Origin: Candidatus Marinacidobacterales bacterium
GTDB taxonomy: Bacteria; Acidobacteriota; Vicinamibacteria; Marinacidobacterales; SMYC01
Direction: 5' to 3'
Assembly: GCA_965237955.1 (NCBI GenBank)
Contig: OZ250169.1
Span: 3,936,001 to 4,000,000 of the forward strand
Length of the DNA stretch: 64,000 nucleotides
The notes under the pieces are model-generated. The model was not told the origin of the DNA. It worked only from the letters and a program-made list of their open reading frames with translations, and did not search any database. This document shows positions 1 through 10,089 of the stretch, one piece after another; positions within the stretch are counted from its first letter, which is position 1, and each line of letters opens with the position of its first letter. The position numbers and the translations under genes were made by a program.

Positions 1-51
1 CGTGACGAAACGGTCGCGCCGTCTCCATGGCTAAGATAGACTTGGCGCAAC

Positions 52-134
52 GTGTCGAGAAGACAGCGACTCCTTCATTGCGCCGTGCTCGCGGGCATGC
101 TCGGGTCTAGCGCGCGATGTGTGGGCCCATCCGG
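52..134 (+). pseudogene. N-terminal part (signal peptide/lipobox-like) of a secreted Ig-like protein interrupted by IS21 #1
   Basis: GTG-TCG-AGA... reads MSRRQRLLHCAVLAGMLGSSARCVGPS. It joins in frame through the TCCGG target duplication to SGLPDCEG... at 3081. Confidence 0.6.
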
Positions 135-135
135 T

Positions 136-292
136 TGCGTATTCCGGGGCATCGTGAACGCAGATTCCAGCCGAAGGTGAACATCCATTCCAAAGCATCG
201 TGAACACGGATTCCGGGGATCGTGAACATCGATTCCGGGGAAGGTGAACACGGATTCCAGGCAACGTGAACGCCGGTTCCGGCATCGCGAAC
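136..292. repeat. IS21 left-end subterminal repeats (about 7 copies of a 22-23 bp unit, ATTCCGGGGCATCGTGAAC-like)
   Basis: Tandem imperfect repeats with no unique spacers; degenerate inverted copies at ~3005-3079. Confidence 0.85.
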
Positions 293-355
293 GCTCATCG
301 ATAGCACGTTTCAAGGCAACTCTAGGTCGTACCCGGAAGGAGGACGATCTAGGAA

Positions 356-1913
356 ATGGCAGCTAAGAGGTTATCGATGAGAAAAACACGAGAGGTTCTA
401 AGGTTAAAGTACGAGCTGGGTTTTACTCACCGCATGATCGCAAAGGCACTTCGCGTGGCGGTTGGAACGGTGAGTGAGTACCTGGCCAAGGCGAAGAAGG
501 GTGGTCTGAGCTGGCCGCTCCCGGAGGAGCTGAGCGACGGGGAGCTGGAGGCAGGGCTGTTTCCGCCGCCGGGCTCGTCTGGCGCACGGCCGGGTCTGGA
601 CTATGCCCACATCCACGAGGAGCTGAGGCGTCACCGAGAGCTGACGTTGCTGCAGCTGTGGGTGGAGTACGCGGAGAATAAGCCGGGAGCGTACGGCTAC
701 AGCCGTTATTGCGAGCTGTACGGTCAGTGGAAGAAGAAGCTGAACCCGACGATGCGTCAACGGCATCGAGCAGGCGAGAAGACATTCGTCGATTTTTCGG
801 GGAAGAAGCCTCACATCGTCGATCCGAAAACGGGAGAGCTCGTCGAAATGGAGCTGTTCGTCGGGACGTTGGGCGCGAGCAGTTACACCTACGTCGAAGC
901 GACACTGAACCAGTCGCTGGAATCGTGGGCGAAGGCCCATAAGGGGATGTCGGATTACTTCGGTGGCAGTACGGAGATCTGGGTTCCGGACAACTTGAAG
1001 AGCGGCGTGGATTTGGTGGACCGTTACGAGCCAGGGATCAACCGGACGTACGAAGAGCTGGCGACGCATTACGGTGCGGTTGTGGTCCCGGCTCGGGTGT
1101 TCAAGCCGAAAGACAAAGCGAAGGTGGAGTCGGCAGTGCAGGTGGCGCAGCGCTGGATCCTGGCGGTGCTTCGTCATCGCACGTTCTTCAGCCTGGCGGA
1201 ACTGAACGAAGCCATCTGGGAGAAGTTAGAGGTCCTGAATGCGCGTCCGATGCAGAAGCTCGGTGTGAGTCGGCGGGAGTTGTACGAAAGGCTAGACCGG
1301 CCCGTACTGAAACCGCTACCGCAGGAGAGCTACCGAGTTATCGACGTGGAAGCGGTGCGGAGTGAACATCGACTACCACGTGGAGGTGGAGAACAACTTG
1401 TACAGCGTTCCCTATCAGCTCATTCACGAGAAAGTCGAGGCACGGGTGACGGCCTCGGTGGTGGAGGTCCTGTTCAAGGGAAAGCGCGTCGCGTCGCATC
1501 CCCGCAAGAAAGGAAAGGGGCACTACTCCACGAACCCGGAGCATATGCCACGTTCGCATCGGGAGCACCTGGAGTGGACGCCGTCGCGGCTGCTCCACTG
1601 GGCGGAGCAGTCAGGTCGCGCCACGGGAAGGCTGGTTGCGGGGATTCTAGAGAGTCGGCCTCACCCGGAGCAGGGATTTCGCTCTTGCCTGGGAGTCATG
1701 CGACTAGGCAGCCGCTGGGGCAGTGAGCGTCTCGAGGCCGCTTGCGCACGAGCGGAAGCTTTGAGCTCTTACAGCTATCGCACGGTGAAAAACATTCTCT
1801 CGGCTGGTCTGGATCGTGTGGTGCTCGAATCGGACGCCGAAGCGAAACCGCGAGAGGAGCACGAGAACATCCGAGGCGCGGATCACTACGAAGGAGGAGA
1901 GTCCCGATGCTGA
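356..1913 (+). CDS. istA: IS21 transposase IstA, +1 frameshift near 1334
   Basis: HTH N-terminus, DFSG/PDNLKS/KDKAKVE DDE motifs. The C-terminal half (VNIDYHVEV...) continues in ORF 1362..1913; TACCGAG in place of TACGAG suggests one extra C. Confidence 0.9.
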
Positions 1914-2665
1914 CACCCGAAACGATAGAAAAGATGAACGCCATGAAGTTGTTCGGCTTGGTGTCCGCGTTCGAAACCCAGTTGAGCTCGAGCGAATACA
2001 AGGAGCTGAGCTTCGAGGAACGTGTGGGACTCCTGGTCGATGCCGAGTGGACCGCCCGCGAACAGCGTAAGCTTTCTCGACGACTGCGAGCGGCAAAGCT
2101 CCGCTATCCGGCATGTTTGGAGAACGTGAACTTCCAAGCGCCTCGAGGCTTAAACCGCGAACAGATCTTGAGCCTGGGCAACTGCCGCTTTGTCGGTGAG
2201 CGCCATAACCTGCTCATCACCGGCCCGACGGGGATTGGCAAATCGTTCTTGGCTTGCGCCTTCGTGGAGCGGGCCTGTCGTCGCGGCTTCACCGGATGCT
2301 ACGTGCGAGCACCGCGCTTGCTCCACGAGCTCGCGGTCGCTCGTGGTGATGGTTCCTACGCCCGGCTTTTGACGAAACTCGCCAAGCTGGACTTACTGGC
2401 TATCGATGATTGGCTGCTTCACCCGCTGAAAGAATCGGAGAGACGGGATCTAATGGAGGTCATCGAAGACCGCGCCGAGCGTGGCTCCACACTCATCGCG
2501 ACCCAGATTCCGCTCAAGCAGTGGCACGAAGCGATTGGCGACCCAAACCAGGCAGACGCTATCTGCGATCGCATTCTCCACAGCGCGCACCGCATCACTC
2601 TCAAAGGAGCTTCTCTGAGAAAGACCAAGGCTGCGCCAAAGGCATTTGACAACGCCGATGCATGA
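1907..2665 (+). CDS. istB: IS21 helper ATPase IstB
   Basis: Walker A GPTGIGKS, Walker B LLAIDD, ADAICDRILH; GGAGGAG RBS before ATG 1907. Confidence 0.93.
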   Translation: MLTPETIEKMNAMKLFGLVSAFETQLSSSEYKELSFEERVGLLVDAEWTAREQRKLSRRLRAAKLRYPACLENVNFQAPRGLNREQILSLGNCRFVGERHNLLITGPTGIGKSFLACAFVERACRRGFTGCYVRAPRLLHELAVARGDGSYARLLTKLAKLDLLAIDDWLLHPLKESERRDLMEVIEDRAERGSTLIATQIPLKQWHEAIGDPNQADAICDRILHSAHRITLKGASLRKTKAAPKAFDNADA

Positions 2666-3080
2666 GCGAGCGAGGGACCACAGCGTCGATGCGATAAAAA
2701 CGGGTGAAACCGCCAAACCCGGGGTACCAGACGATGCGGCGCCAAAACGACGCGCGAGAATGCCTCAGGAAGCGTCTTCTCGAGCCAGGCCATACCCCAG
2801 CAACCCCCCGAAACCAGCCCCACATCGCCCGGGGTTCGGCCGCGGCAGGTCGCTGCCTACGGGAGCGGGAAGGTCGCTTCGCGTCTTTCCTTACGCCCGC
2901 TCCCTCCGGCACCGACCTGCCGCCCCTTGCTACACAACACGCAGGTAAGATAGGTTCACGTTTTCAATCAGTGGGAAGGAGGTCACCCAACACTTCATCG
3001 CTTCGATGAGCGTTCGGCTTCACCGGATTCGCTGTTCAGCTTGCTCTGGATTCGGCGTTCACGATGGCTGGAATACGCAA

Positions 3081-3485
3081 TCCGGCCTTCCCGACTGCGA
3101 GGGTCTCGTGTATTTCGTGACTCGGGCCCGGTGCTCGGACGATCCGAGGTGCGAGACGCTCGCCGTCCACCTGGAGGCGAATCCGCCCCGCGCCACCCTC
3201 GAGGTGTCGCGAGACGCCCGCGTCAGGGTGAGAGCGAAGGACTGCGCCGGGTTCTCGCTCTTTTCGATCACGGGCTGGCACTCGAGCCGACCCAGGGTCG
3301 CGAGCATTGCTCCGAACGGATTTGAGGGCCTTGTCACAGGTCTCAAGCCCGGCGAGACGAACGTGAGCGCGACCGTCTCCATCCCGGGCTCATCTCCCGT
3401 CGACGCGCCGTTCGCGGTTTGCCCCGACACCCCATGCCTCGAGCCCGTCCGGCTCGCGTTCCTGAGAGTCGTGTCCGGCGAGTGA
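3081..3485 (+). pseudogene. C-terminal part of IS-disrupted secreted protein with Ig-like (Big_2-type) segment
   Basis: W-x-SS-x-P-x-VA-S-I...GLVTGLKPGETNVSAT pattern; in frame with 52..134 once the IS is removed. Confidence 0.55.
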
Positions 3486-3998
3486 CTCGGACGGCCCACG
3501 ACGACCGCCGGATCTGCGACGCAGCTTTTTGGTGGGTGAAAAGCCTCTTCGCGCTTCATGCTTCGTAGATCGCGCGGTAGAGACTGATACAAGCGATCCG
3601 ACGCGTGAAACAGGGTGAGTCGCTTCCCCTGCGCCCGCGCCTATACAACTAGTAAGTGAACAGGTCAGACTATAGGGTATTGGATAAGAGGCCGCGCGGT
3701 ACTGAGTATCGGGGCTCGGGTGACGTAGCAACTGGCAAAGTCCCAGTGGTTTGAGGTGTGCACGGAGATTGGGTATCCAATGCACTGCGGGCGGCCGCGG
3801 ATGCGCGGATGGACCCGATAAACAACACCCCCCTCCCTTCTTTACCTAGTCTAGAAAGTAGTAGAACATTTAGAACATCTAGAAACATTCAATGGTATCA
3901 ATGGTTTGGGCGTTCTATTTGTGTTCTGTCAACGCCGGCCGAAAACTGCGCATTCATGGCGGATGAAAATTGCACACCCGAGCCATGGGTGGCGAACC

Positions 3999-4826
3999 CT
4001 ATGACGCCGTCGCCTCCGTGTATTTCCTATGAGATTTAGCCGGCGGGTGAGGTTCGTCCGAACCCGCCGGATGGAGCGCTCGCCACAGTTCGGAGTGCTC
4101 TCTCATGCGGTAACTGTTTCCTCGGATGTTGACGAGGTGGCAGTGGTGCAGAATGCGGTCGATGAGAGCGGCGGCCATGACTTCGTCGCCAAGGATCTCG
4201 CCCCATTCCTCGAAACTTTTGTTAGAGGTGAGCACGGTCGAAGCGCGCTCGTATCGCCTACTTATGAGCTGGAAAAAAAGCACCGCGCCGGTCTGGGTGA
4301 CGGGTAGGTATCCGATTTCATCGACAACAAGCAGTGACGGATAACTGAGAACCGCGAGTCGACGAGTGAGGCGGCCCGCGTCACGAGCCTCTTCGAGGGA
4401 GGTGATGAGCTCAGCCAGGGTGCCGTAATAGACGCGCCGTCCATTCTGGGCAGCGGCGATGGCAAGATGAGTTTTGCCCACACCAGGAGGTCCCAATAAG
4501 ACGACGTTCTCCTTACGTTCAACGAACCCGAGCTCGTGAAGGTTCTCAATCTGCTCGCGTTTGATCGATGGCTGGAACGAAAAATCGAACTCATCGATTG
4601 TTTTGACCGCGGGGAGTCGTGAGGAGCGCATCGCCGCTTGGAGACGACGGTTGTTTCTCAACGTGATCTGCGCTCCAAGAAGGTTCTCGATGGCCTCCGC
4701 CGTTGTGACCGCACCGCCATCGGCATCAGATAGTACGCGGTCGACAGCTTCGAGCGCGCCAGGCATCTTTAGGTCGGCCAGCATCGTACGGATCTGCTCA
4801 CGTCGCGATATTGTGCTCGCCTTCAT
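3999..4826 (-). CDS. istB: IS21 helper ATPase IstB
   Basis: GPPGVGKTHLA, LLVVDEIGY, TSNKSFEEWG, AALIDRILHH. Confidence 0.93.
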   Translation of the reverse strand: MKASTISRREQIRTMLADLKMPGALEAVDRVLSDADGGAVTTAEAIENLLGAQITLRNNRRLQAAMRSSRLPAVKTIDEFDFSFQPSIKREQIENLHELGFVERKENVVLLGPPGVGKTHLAIAAAQNGRRVYYGTLAELITSLEEARDAGRLTRRLAVLSYPSLLVVDEIGYLPVTQTGAVLFFQLISRRYERASTVLTSNKSFEEWGEILGDEVMAAALIDRILHHCHLVNIRGNSYRMREHSELWRALHPAGSDEPHPPAKSHRKYTEATAS

Positions 4827-5866
4827 TGTCCACCTCCAACGAGCCGCGTGTAGACTTCGAGGGGACGATGCTCGACATCCATCGAAGGCAGTGTGGTTAA
4901 GCAGGCTTTTGGAGTTCTTCTCGCGGGTTGGTTTGGCAGTACAAGAGAGCGATATGGCCGCTCAACGAGCGGTCTCAGAGTGGCCCTTTCATCGCGCGCG
5001 AATCGTTCTATCGGTCGTTCGTTGGTTGTGCGATGGAGTCGGACGTTGGCGACGTCACTCAGCCAACGCTCGATCTGAGCATCGAGGTCGTCATCGTTGA
5101 TAAAGTGGCGACCGTAGAAGAAGCTTCCTCTCACATAGCGGATTGGCCTTTCCACTTTGCCCTTGGTCTTCGCCCGATACGGGCGACACGCTCTTGTTCG
5201 AAACTCCCAGTGGTGGGCGAAGCGGACGAACTCTGGGTTCTCAACGAGAGGGCCACCTTCCCGGCGGTGATCCTCGACGATGACCGAACGCATCTGGTCA
5301 AAAAGGAGCTCTTTGGGAACTCCTCCAAAAAATAGGAAGGCCTGCTCAAGCCCCGCGAACAACGTCCGCATGTCCTGTCGCTTGAAAAACCGAAGCCATA
5401 GCAGCCTCGAGTATCCGAGCACCACGAGAAGTGCCCACCGACGACCCCATGGCAAACGAAAGTGTGCAAAATCGACCTGAGCTTGGTGGCCTGGTGAGGT
5501 CTCGAAACGCACCAGCGGCTCCGCCGGTGGCTGTGGGCGAATCTGCCGCACGTACTCCTTGACCTGCGTGTAGCCGCCTTCATAGCCCGCGGCACGGATC
5601 TCATCATGCAGGCGTACTGAACTCAGCTCCGGGAACTCGTGCAGGCGCGAATGAAGGATCTCCCGGTACGGGTCGATCCTGCGCTCGATCCGCGGACGCT
5701 TCTTGTAGCGCACCGTTTCCTCGTCCAACTCTCGGTCCAGTTGACCCGTCTTTATCCAGTGGTGGACCGTTCGGCGGCTGATTCCTAGCTTGTCTGCTAG
5801 CGCCGCCTTCTTGATTCCCTGCTCCAAATACTCTCGTAGTAGCACTCGTTTCTCCCTTCCGTACAT
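4823..5866 (-). CDS. istA: IS21 transposase IstA
   Basis: RFETSPGHQAQVDF, LFDQM, RPYRAKTKGKVER motifs. Confidence 0.93.
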   Translation of the reverse strand: MYGREKRVLLREYLEQGIKKAALADKLGISRRTVHHWIKTGQLDRELDEETVRYKKRPRIERRIDPYREILHSRLHEFPELSSVRLHDEIRAAGYEGGYTQVKEYVRQIRPQPPAEPLVRFETSPGHQAQVDFAHFRLPWGRRWALLVVLGYSRLLWLRFFKRQDMRTLFAGLEQAFLFFGGVPKELLFDQMRSVIVEDHRREGGPLVENPEFVRFAHHWEFRTRACRPYRAKTKGKVERPIRYVRGSFFYGRHFINDDDLDAQIERWLSDVANVRLHRTTNERPIERFARDERATLRPLVERPYRSLVLPNQPARRTPKACLTTLPSMDVEHRPLEVYTRLVGGGQ

Positions 5867-6805
5867 CGGCGCCTCCACTCCGGAAACGCCATTCTGATTG
5901 AAGGCGCGCCGTCATGTCTGGCACTCCAGACACACGACAACGGCCTCCTTTTACGGATGGCCGAGTGTGCAATTTTCGTCCGCCATAAGTGTGCAATTTA
6001 CGCCCGCCGCTAACATGTTCTACCCTCCCCTCGAAGATAGAACATTCAATCATATCAACGAGTTAGCCCACACCTCGGTCTACCTCGCACCTCTCGGCCC
6101 TCGGCTGGTCCTCCGAAGACAAAGGGGGGGCTGTTCAAAATCTGATGGTTGTTGAACAGGCGGAATTCGAGGGGTAAGTTATTGACCCTGCTCGAAGTTC
6201 TGGGCTTCGAGGAGGGGTAGAACACCTAACCCCTTCTATCTAATGGTTGTTCTAGATCTATATAATGTTCTATTAAGCTCTAAAGGGAAAGGGACACTTT
6301 GCCTCCGACGCACTCCCGAGAGCTCAAGCCGAGAGCTCAAGCCCTCTGGTACCCTACGCGAGCGTGCTGGTTTAACGGCTGGTCGGGCAGAGCAAGATTG
6401 GGTTCGTTTCGTAAAATGTGCTTATTCGCAAGGACGAAACGGCCTGAAACCGCGTGAAACAACCACCCGCTATTGAGCGGTGCCTGACATTTGGCGGGGT
6501 CCAGTGCCGCGTCGGCTGGTCTCCGCGAATTTCGAGAACGCCTCTAGGATTCGAGCTTTCGGCTCGGTTCGTGTTTTCGGACACGACGGGATCAAGGCCG
6601 ATTTGACCCCAAGATATCGTTGACGGCGCGACCTCGATCCCCACGATATTTGGGCGCGATTCGCCAACTTGACAGCAATGGCACTCGCCCGTGTGGGCGG
6701 AGGTCATCGGGGAATGAACGAAATCCGTTCGTTCACTCGAAAGTACCCTCAAAACGAGTTCAGAAACAGGTCGCGACGTGGCAGTGGTAACCTGAGCGTG
6801 GCGGC

Positions 6806-7315
6806 TCACGCAAACAGGCGCAAAGTGAAAAAAATAGCGACTTGCACTAGCCAACCTATGGCACAGACGCCCACGGCCCGCCCGGTGCTGGTGTAGTCCA
6901 GCGCCTGTCGGACCGCGACGACCATGGCGACCAGCATCCAGACGCTTGCCGCGAGCGCGATCAGACCGCCCAGCAAGGGAATCATTCCGAATATCCGGAG
7001 GACGCCCGGAGACGCCGAAAAGCCAATGGTCCGAAGCAGCTCGCCCAGATCTGCCTTGGTTTGCGGTTCGGGCAGGACCTTCGTGCCGATTAAGAAAGTC
7101 AGCGCCGCCCAGATGAACCAGCCCACTAGTGCGCCGATCGTTCCTGCAATCAGCCCAGACGCACCGCCCCCGACCGAGCCGATTCCCGCTGCAAGACTGG
7201 AGATGATGACCACCCCCATGGCCTGCCCCGTAGCCGTCTGGTCGTGTTCCACTTCCTCGTAGGTGTCAACGTCCAGCTTTGCAGCGCCGAGCATCCGATC
7301 CGTGAAGCTCGCCAT
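6806..7315 (-). CDS. YIP1-family membrane protein
   Basis: Multiple TM helices, YEEVEHD...AVRQALDY pattern; GAGG RBS. Confidence 0.75.
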   Translation of the reverse strand: MASFTDRMLGAAKLDVDTYEEVEHDQTATGQAMGVVIISSLAAGIGSVGGGASGLIAGTIGALVGWFIWAALTFLIGTKVLPEPQTKADLGELLRTIGFSASPGVLRIFGMIPLLGGLIALAASVWMLVAMVVAVRQALDYTSTGRAVGVCAIGWLVQVAIFFTLRLFA

Positions 7316-7557
7316 CGATTCCCTCCTCTGCTGTCACAGTGAGTTGCCTACAATCGAGGGGGAAGAATCTAGTTGGGATTGAACGCTCATGTCAACTGGA
7401 GCCGCCCAGTAAAGCTTGTAGCCCGCCTCGATGGAGACGGATCGTAACAGCGCGCGGCAGGGTGCTTCGGCCATGAACTGTTGGCGGCCAGGCGCTAACC
7501 CGTTCGCGTGCTAGAGCCTTCGTGTGATACTAGATCTCGACGGAACTCGGGTTGACC

Positions 7558-7700
7558 ATGCTGACGTCTGAAGCGATCATCCGGCCGGGAGCCTTCGCCG
7601 GAGTGTTCGGCCTGATGGCTCTGCGGGAGCTCGCCGCACCACGGCGCCGGCTTCGGATCGGGAAGCGACGATGGGCCGGCAACGTCCCGCTCACGATCAT
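7558..7700 (+). pseudogene. N-terminal fragment resembling a sterol desaturase-family membrane protein
   Basis: FAGVFGLMALRELAAPRRRL...RWAGN pattern, truncated. Confidence 0.45.
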
Positions 7701-7726
7701 TCGTTTTCAATCACGGAGAAACAGAT

Positions 7727-7834
7727 ATGGGTGATAAGGGAAGTAAAGATAAAGGCAAACGGGAACAACAGAAAAAGGCCCAGCTTAGTCCAAAGGAAAA
7801 ACGAAAACTGAAAAAAGAAAAGAAGAATAAATAA
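7727..7834 (+). CDS. Small Lys-rich hypothetical protein (35 aa)
   Basis: GGAG RBS, then MGDKGSKDKGKREQQKKAQLSPKEKRKLKKEKKNK-stop. Confidence 0.65.
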   Translation: MGDKGSKDKGKREQQKKAQLSPKEKRKLKKEKKNK

Positions 7835-7975
7835 ATCCGCACCGTTATGCACCGTCAAGTTCGATGGTGGAGCCTGCACCGGGGGTGCTTGCTCCGTTCG
7901 CTGTTGATCGGTCTCCCTCAAGCACAAAAGATCATGAGAGATACAGCGGATTTCTCAGCCCCGTACACTTGAGTC

Positions 7976-8914
7976 ATGAGGGCCATCCAGGACAAGGCGT
8001 GCTCCAAGCCAGGGTGCGAGAACTTTGGAAAGCTGGGAATGAACATCGGTGGCCACGGCTGGTTTACCACCAAGTCGGGTCGCCGACGGCGTTACCGTTG
8101 CAAGATATGCGGGGCAACCGTCAGCACGAATACGGGCACGGCGTATTCCGGCCTTCGCTGCACTCGGAGAGAGTTCGACCAAGTAGCGAGCACGCGAGTC
8201 GAGGGCATGAGCATTTCTGCCACGGCCCGTCTCACAGGTCGTTCCCGCAACACCATCGCCCGGTGGCTCGAACGCGCCTCGAGTGCGGCAGAGCACTTCA
8301 ACCGACAAATGCTGCGCGACTTCGAAATCGTTGAGCTTCAGGCCGATGAGCTCTGCACGTTCGTCGGCAGCAAGAGCAGGCCCACGTGGCTCTTTGCGAC
8401 CATCGAGGTGTGCTCCCGCTTGTGGGCGAGTAGCCTCGTCGGCCGCCGCTCCTTTCGAAACACCAAGGCCGTACTCGCCGACGTCATCCTCCGGGGGCGC
8501 CTCGTCGGATTCCCGCTGATCGCCACGGATGGCTTCGAGTACTACTTCAGGGTGATCGTGCGCCTCATTGGTCCTGCATGTGTCTATGGTCAAGTGATCA
8601 AGACCCGGCGGAACAATCGTGTCATCCGAGTCGAGCGGCGCCCGAAGATCGGCACGGAGAAACGCTTGAAGGAGGCGCTGTTGGCGTCAGAGGATTCCGA
8701 GACCCTGAACACGTCGTTCGTCGAGCGCCTAAACCTCACAATTCGTCAAGGGTCGGCGTACTTGCGCCGGCGGTCGCCATGCCACGCCCGATGCGCAGAC
8801 CAGCTCCGCCGGCACGTTGAGCTTCTGCGTTGTCATTACAATTTCGTCCGACCGCATAGAGCTCTGAAGTTCGGGCGGCGCCGATCGAGACCCTGTCGCT
8901 TAGTGCTCGGCTAG
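7976..8914 (+). CDS. IS1-family transposase (Zn ribbon-HTH-DDE), probably 3'-truncated
   Basis: CxxxxC...RYRCKIC, QADELCTFVG, TDGF, NTSFVERLNLTIRQ, YNFVRPH. Confidence 0.8.
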   Translation: MRAIQDKACSKPGCENFGKLGMNIGGHGWFTTKSGRRRRYRCKICGATVSTNTGTAYSGLRCTRREFDQVASTRVEGMSISATARLTGRSRNTIARWLERASSAAEHFNRQMLRDFEIVELQADELCTFVGSKSRPTWLFATIEVCSRLWASSLVGRRSFRNTKAVLADVILRGRLVGFPLIATDGFEYYFRVIVRLIGPACVYGQVIKTRRNNRVIRVERRPKIGTEKRLKEALLASEDSETLNTSFVERLNLTIRQGSAYLRRRSPCHARCADQLRRHVELLRCHYNFVRPHRALKFGRRRSRPCRLVLG

Positions 8915-8945
8915 CTCCTGGATCCTTGCTCGAGGACAGCTCGTC

Positions 8946-9058
8946 TTGAGATTCGACTGGGGTCGATTCTTCGATGAGATGAATGGCGGGGAGTACATCG
9001 AGAGCCTCCGCGAGCAGTGGAAGGACTCCTACGATGTCACGCTTATCGACAGTCGCAC
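8946..9058 (+). pseudogene. Internal fragment of a ParA/MinD-like (KGGVGR-variant) ATPase
   Basis: FDWGRFFDEMNGGEYIESLREQWKDSYDVTLIDSRT. Confidence 0.5.
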
Positions 9059-9139
9059 ACTTCACATAATGGATCACTTCACATTACCGACGCACAAGCT
9101 CGAGGAGCTGCTCCCGGCGCTTCGCACCCATCGACTCGA

Positions 9140-9395
9140 TCGATGCGCCCATCGGAACGACGGAACGACAGCTCGGCGACACGCTGGTCGACCGGGGGCG
9201 GCCGACCCCTCTCGACGAGGCGATGGAGGAAGAGACCCGGCGAAGCGTCGCGGCGGTGCTGCATGAGCTCCCCGACCGACAGCGGATCATTCTCTCCATG
9301 CGTCACGGGATCGGCTGCCCGCGGGAATGCACTCTGGAGGAGATCGGCGAAGCACTCGGCCTGTCGCGTGAGCGCATCCGACAGGTGGAGAGAAG
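9140..9395 (+). pseudogene. Sigma-70 family region 4 fragment
   Basis: LPDRQRIILSMRHGIG...TLEEIGEALGLSRERIRQVE. Confidence 0.75.
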
Positions 9396-9440
9396 TCGCC
9401 GTGGCTTCCGTCAAGGATTGGCTTTCGAAACACCGCCCCC

Positions 9441-9890
9441 AAGCTCCACCGTGACATTGCGGTCTCCCAAGCTGCGGCCTGGTTCATGCTGCATCGCATT
9501 CGCGAAGTCTGGAAGGCTCCGAGCGGCAAATCCTTCGCCGGTCCGGTCGAAGTGGACGAATCGTACTTCGGCGGAAAGCGTCGCAATATGCGAGCGTCTA
9601 AGCGAAAGGCTCTAACGGGCCGTGGGCCTTCGGGCAAAACTGCCGTCGTGGGGATGAAGGATCGCCAGACCAACAAGGTCCGGGCAAAGGTAGTCAAGAG
9701 TACGGACGCGCCTACACTCCAAGGCTTCGTCCTTGATAATTCAGCCCCGGACGCAAAGGTCTACACCGATGACGCCCTCGCTTATTCCGGGCTCACGAGA
9801 GACAGGGAAGCTGTCAAGCACTCGGTCGGCGAGTACGTCCGAGGAATGGCTCACACCAACGGTATCGAGAGCTTTTGGGCGACGCTCAGC
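9441..9890 (+). pseudogene. IS1595-family transposase fragment
   Basis: AWFMLHRIRE, VEVDESYFGG, VYTDD, HTNGIESFWA. Confidence 0.82.
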
Positions 9891-10089
9891 GCCAGCCAGG
9901 TCTCGGTCGGCGATTATCATTGGTTTTCTCATCGTGCTATATTTCTCCTGTGAGTTCGTGTCCAGCAGTTCGTCCACTCCCCAGGCTTCGTTCTGCCATG
10001 CAGCAGACCTGCAAGATGTGTGGGCAGCCGGATAAGTTCGACTTCCACGTTCCCGACGAATTGTGGCAGGCCATCGTGCCTCAAAATCA

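Larger units (their letters stand above)
135..3080 (+). mobile_element. IS21-family insertion sequence #1
   Basis: Terminal IRs TTGCGTATTCC/GGAATACGCAA, 5-bp direct repeat TCCGG (130-134, 3081-3085), multiple subterminal repeats, istA/istB inside. Confidence 0.92.
3927..6015 (-). mobile_element. IS21-family insertion sequence #2
   Basis: Ends TGTCAACG.../...CGCTAACA, repeated GTGTGCAATT motifs, 5-bp direct repeat TGTTC (3922-3926, 6016-6020). Confidence 0.92.

Noticed and set aside
136-292. Regular ~23-bp repeats as a CRISPR array
   Set aside because: Tandem with no unique spacers; they are IS21 subterminal transposase-binding repeats mirrored at the right end
1320-1365. Programmed frameshift in istA
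   Set aside because: No slippery heptamer or stimulatory hairpin; a single extra C explains it
6316-6343. 13-bp tandem duplication CCGAGAGCTCAAG
   Set aside because: Isolated duplication with no associated element
7697-7927. Hydrophobic Phe-rich minus-strand ORF
   Set aside because: Antisense shadow of the A-rich Lys-coding microprotein, which has the RBS
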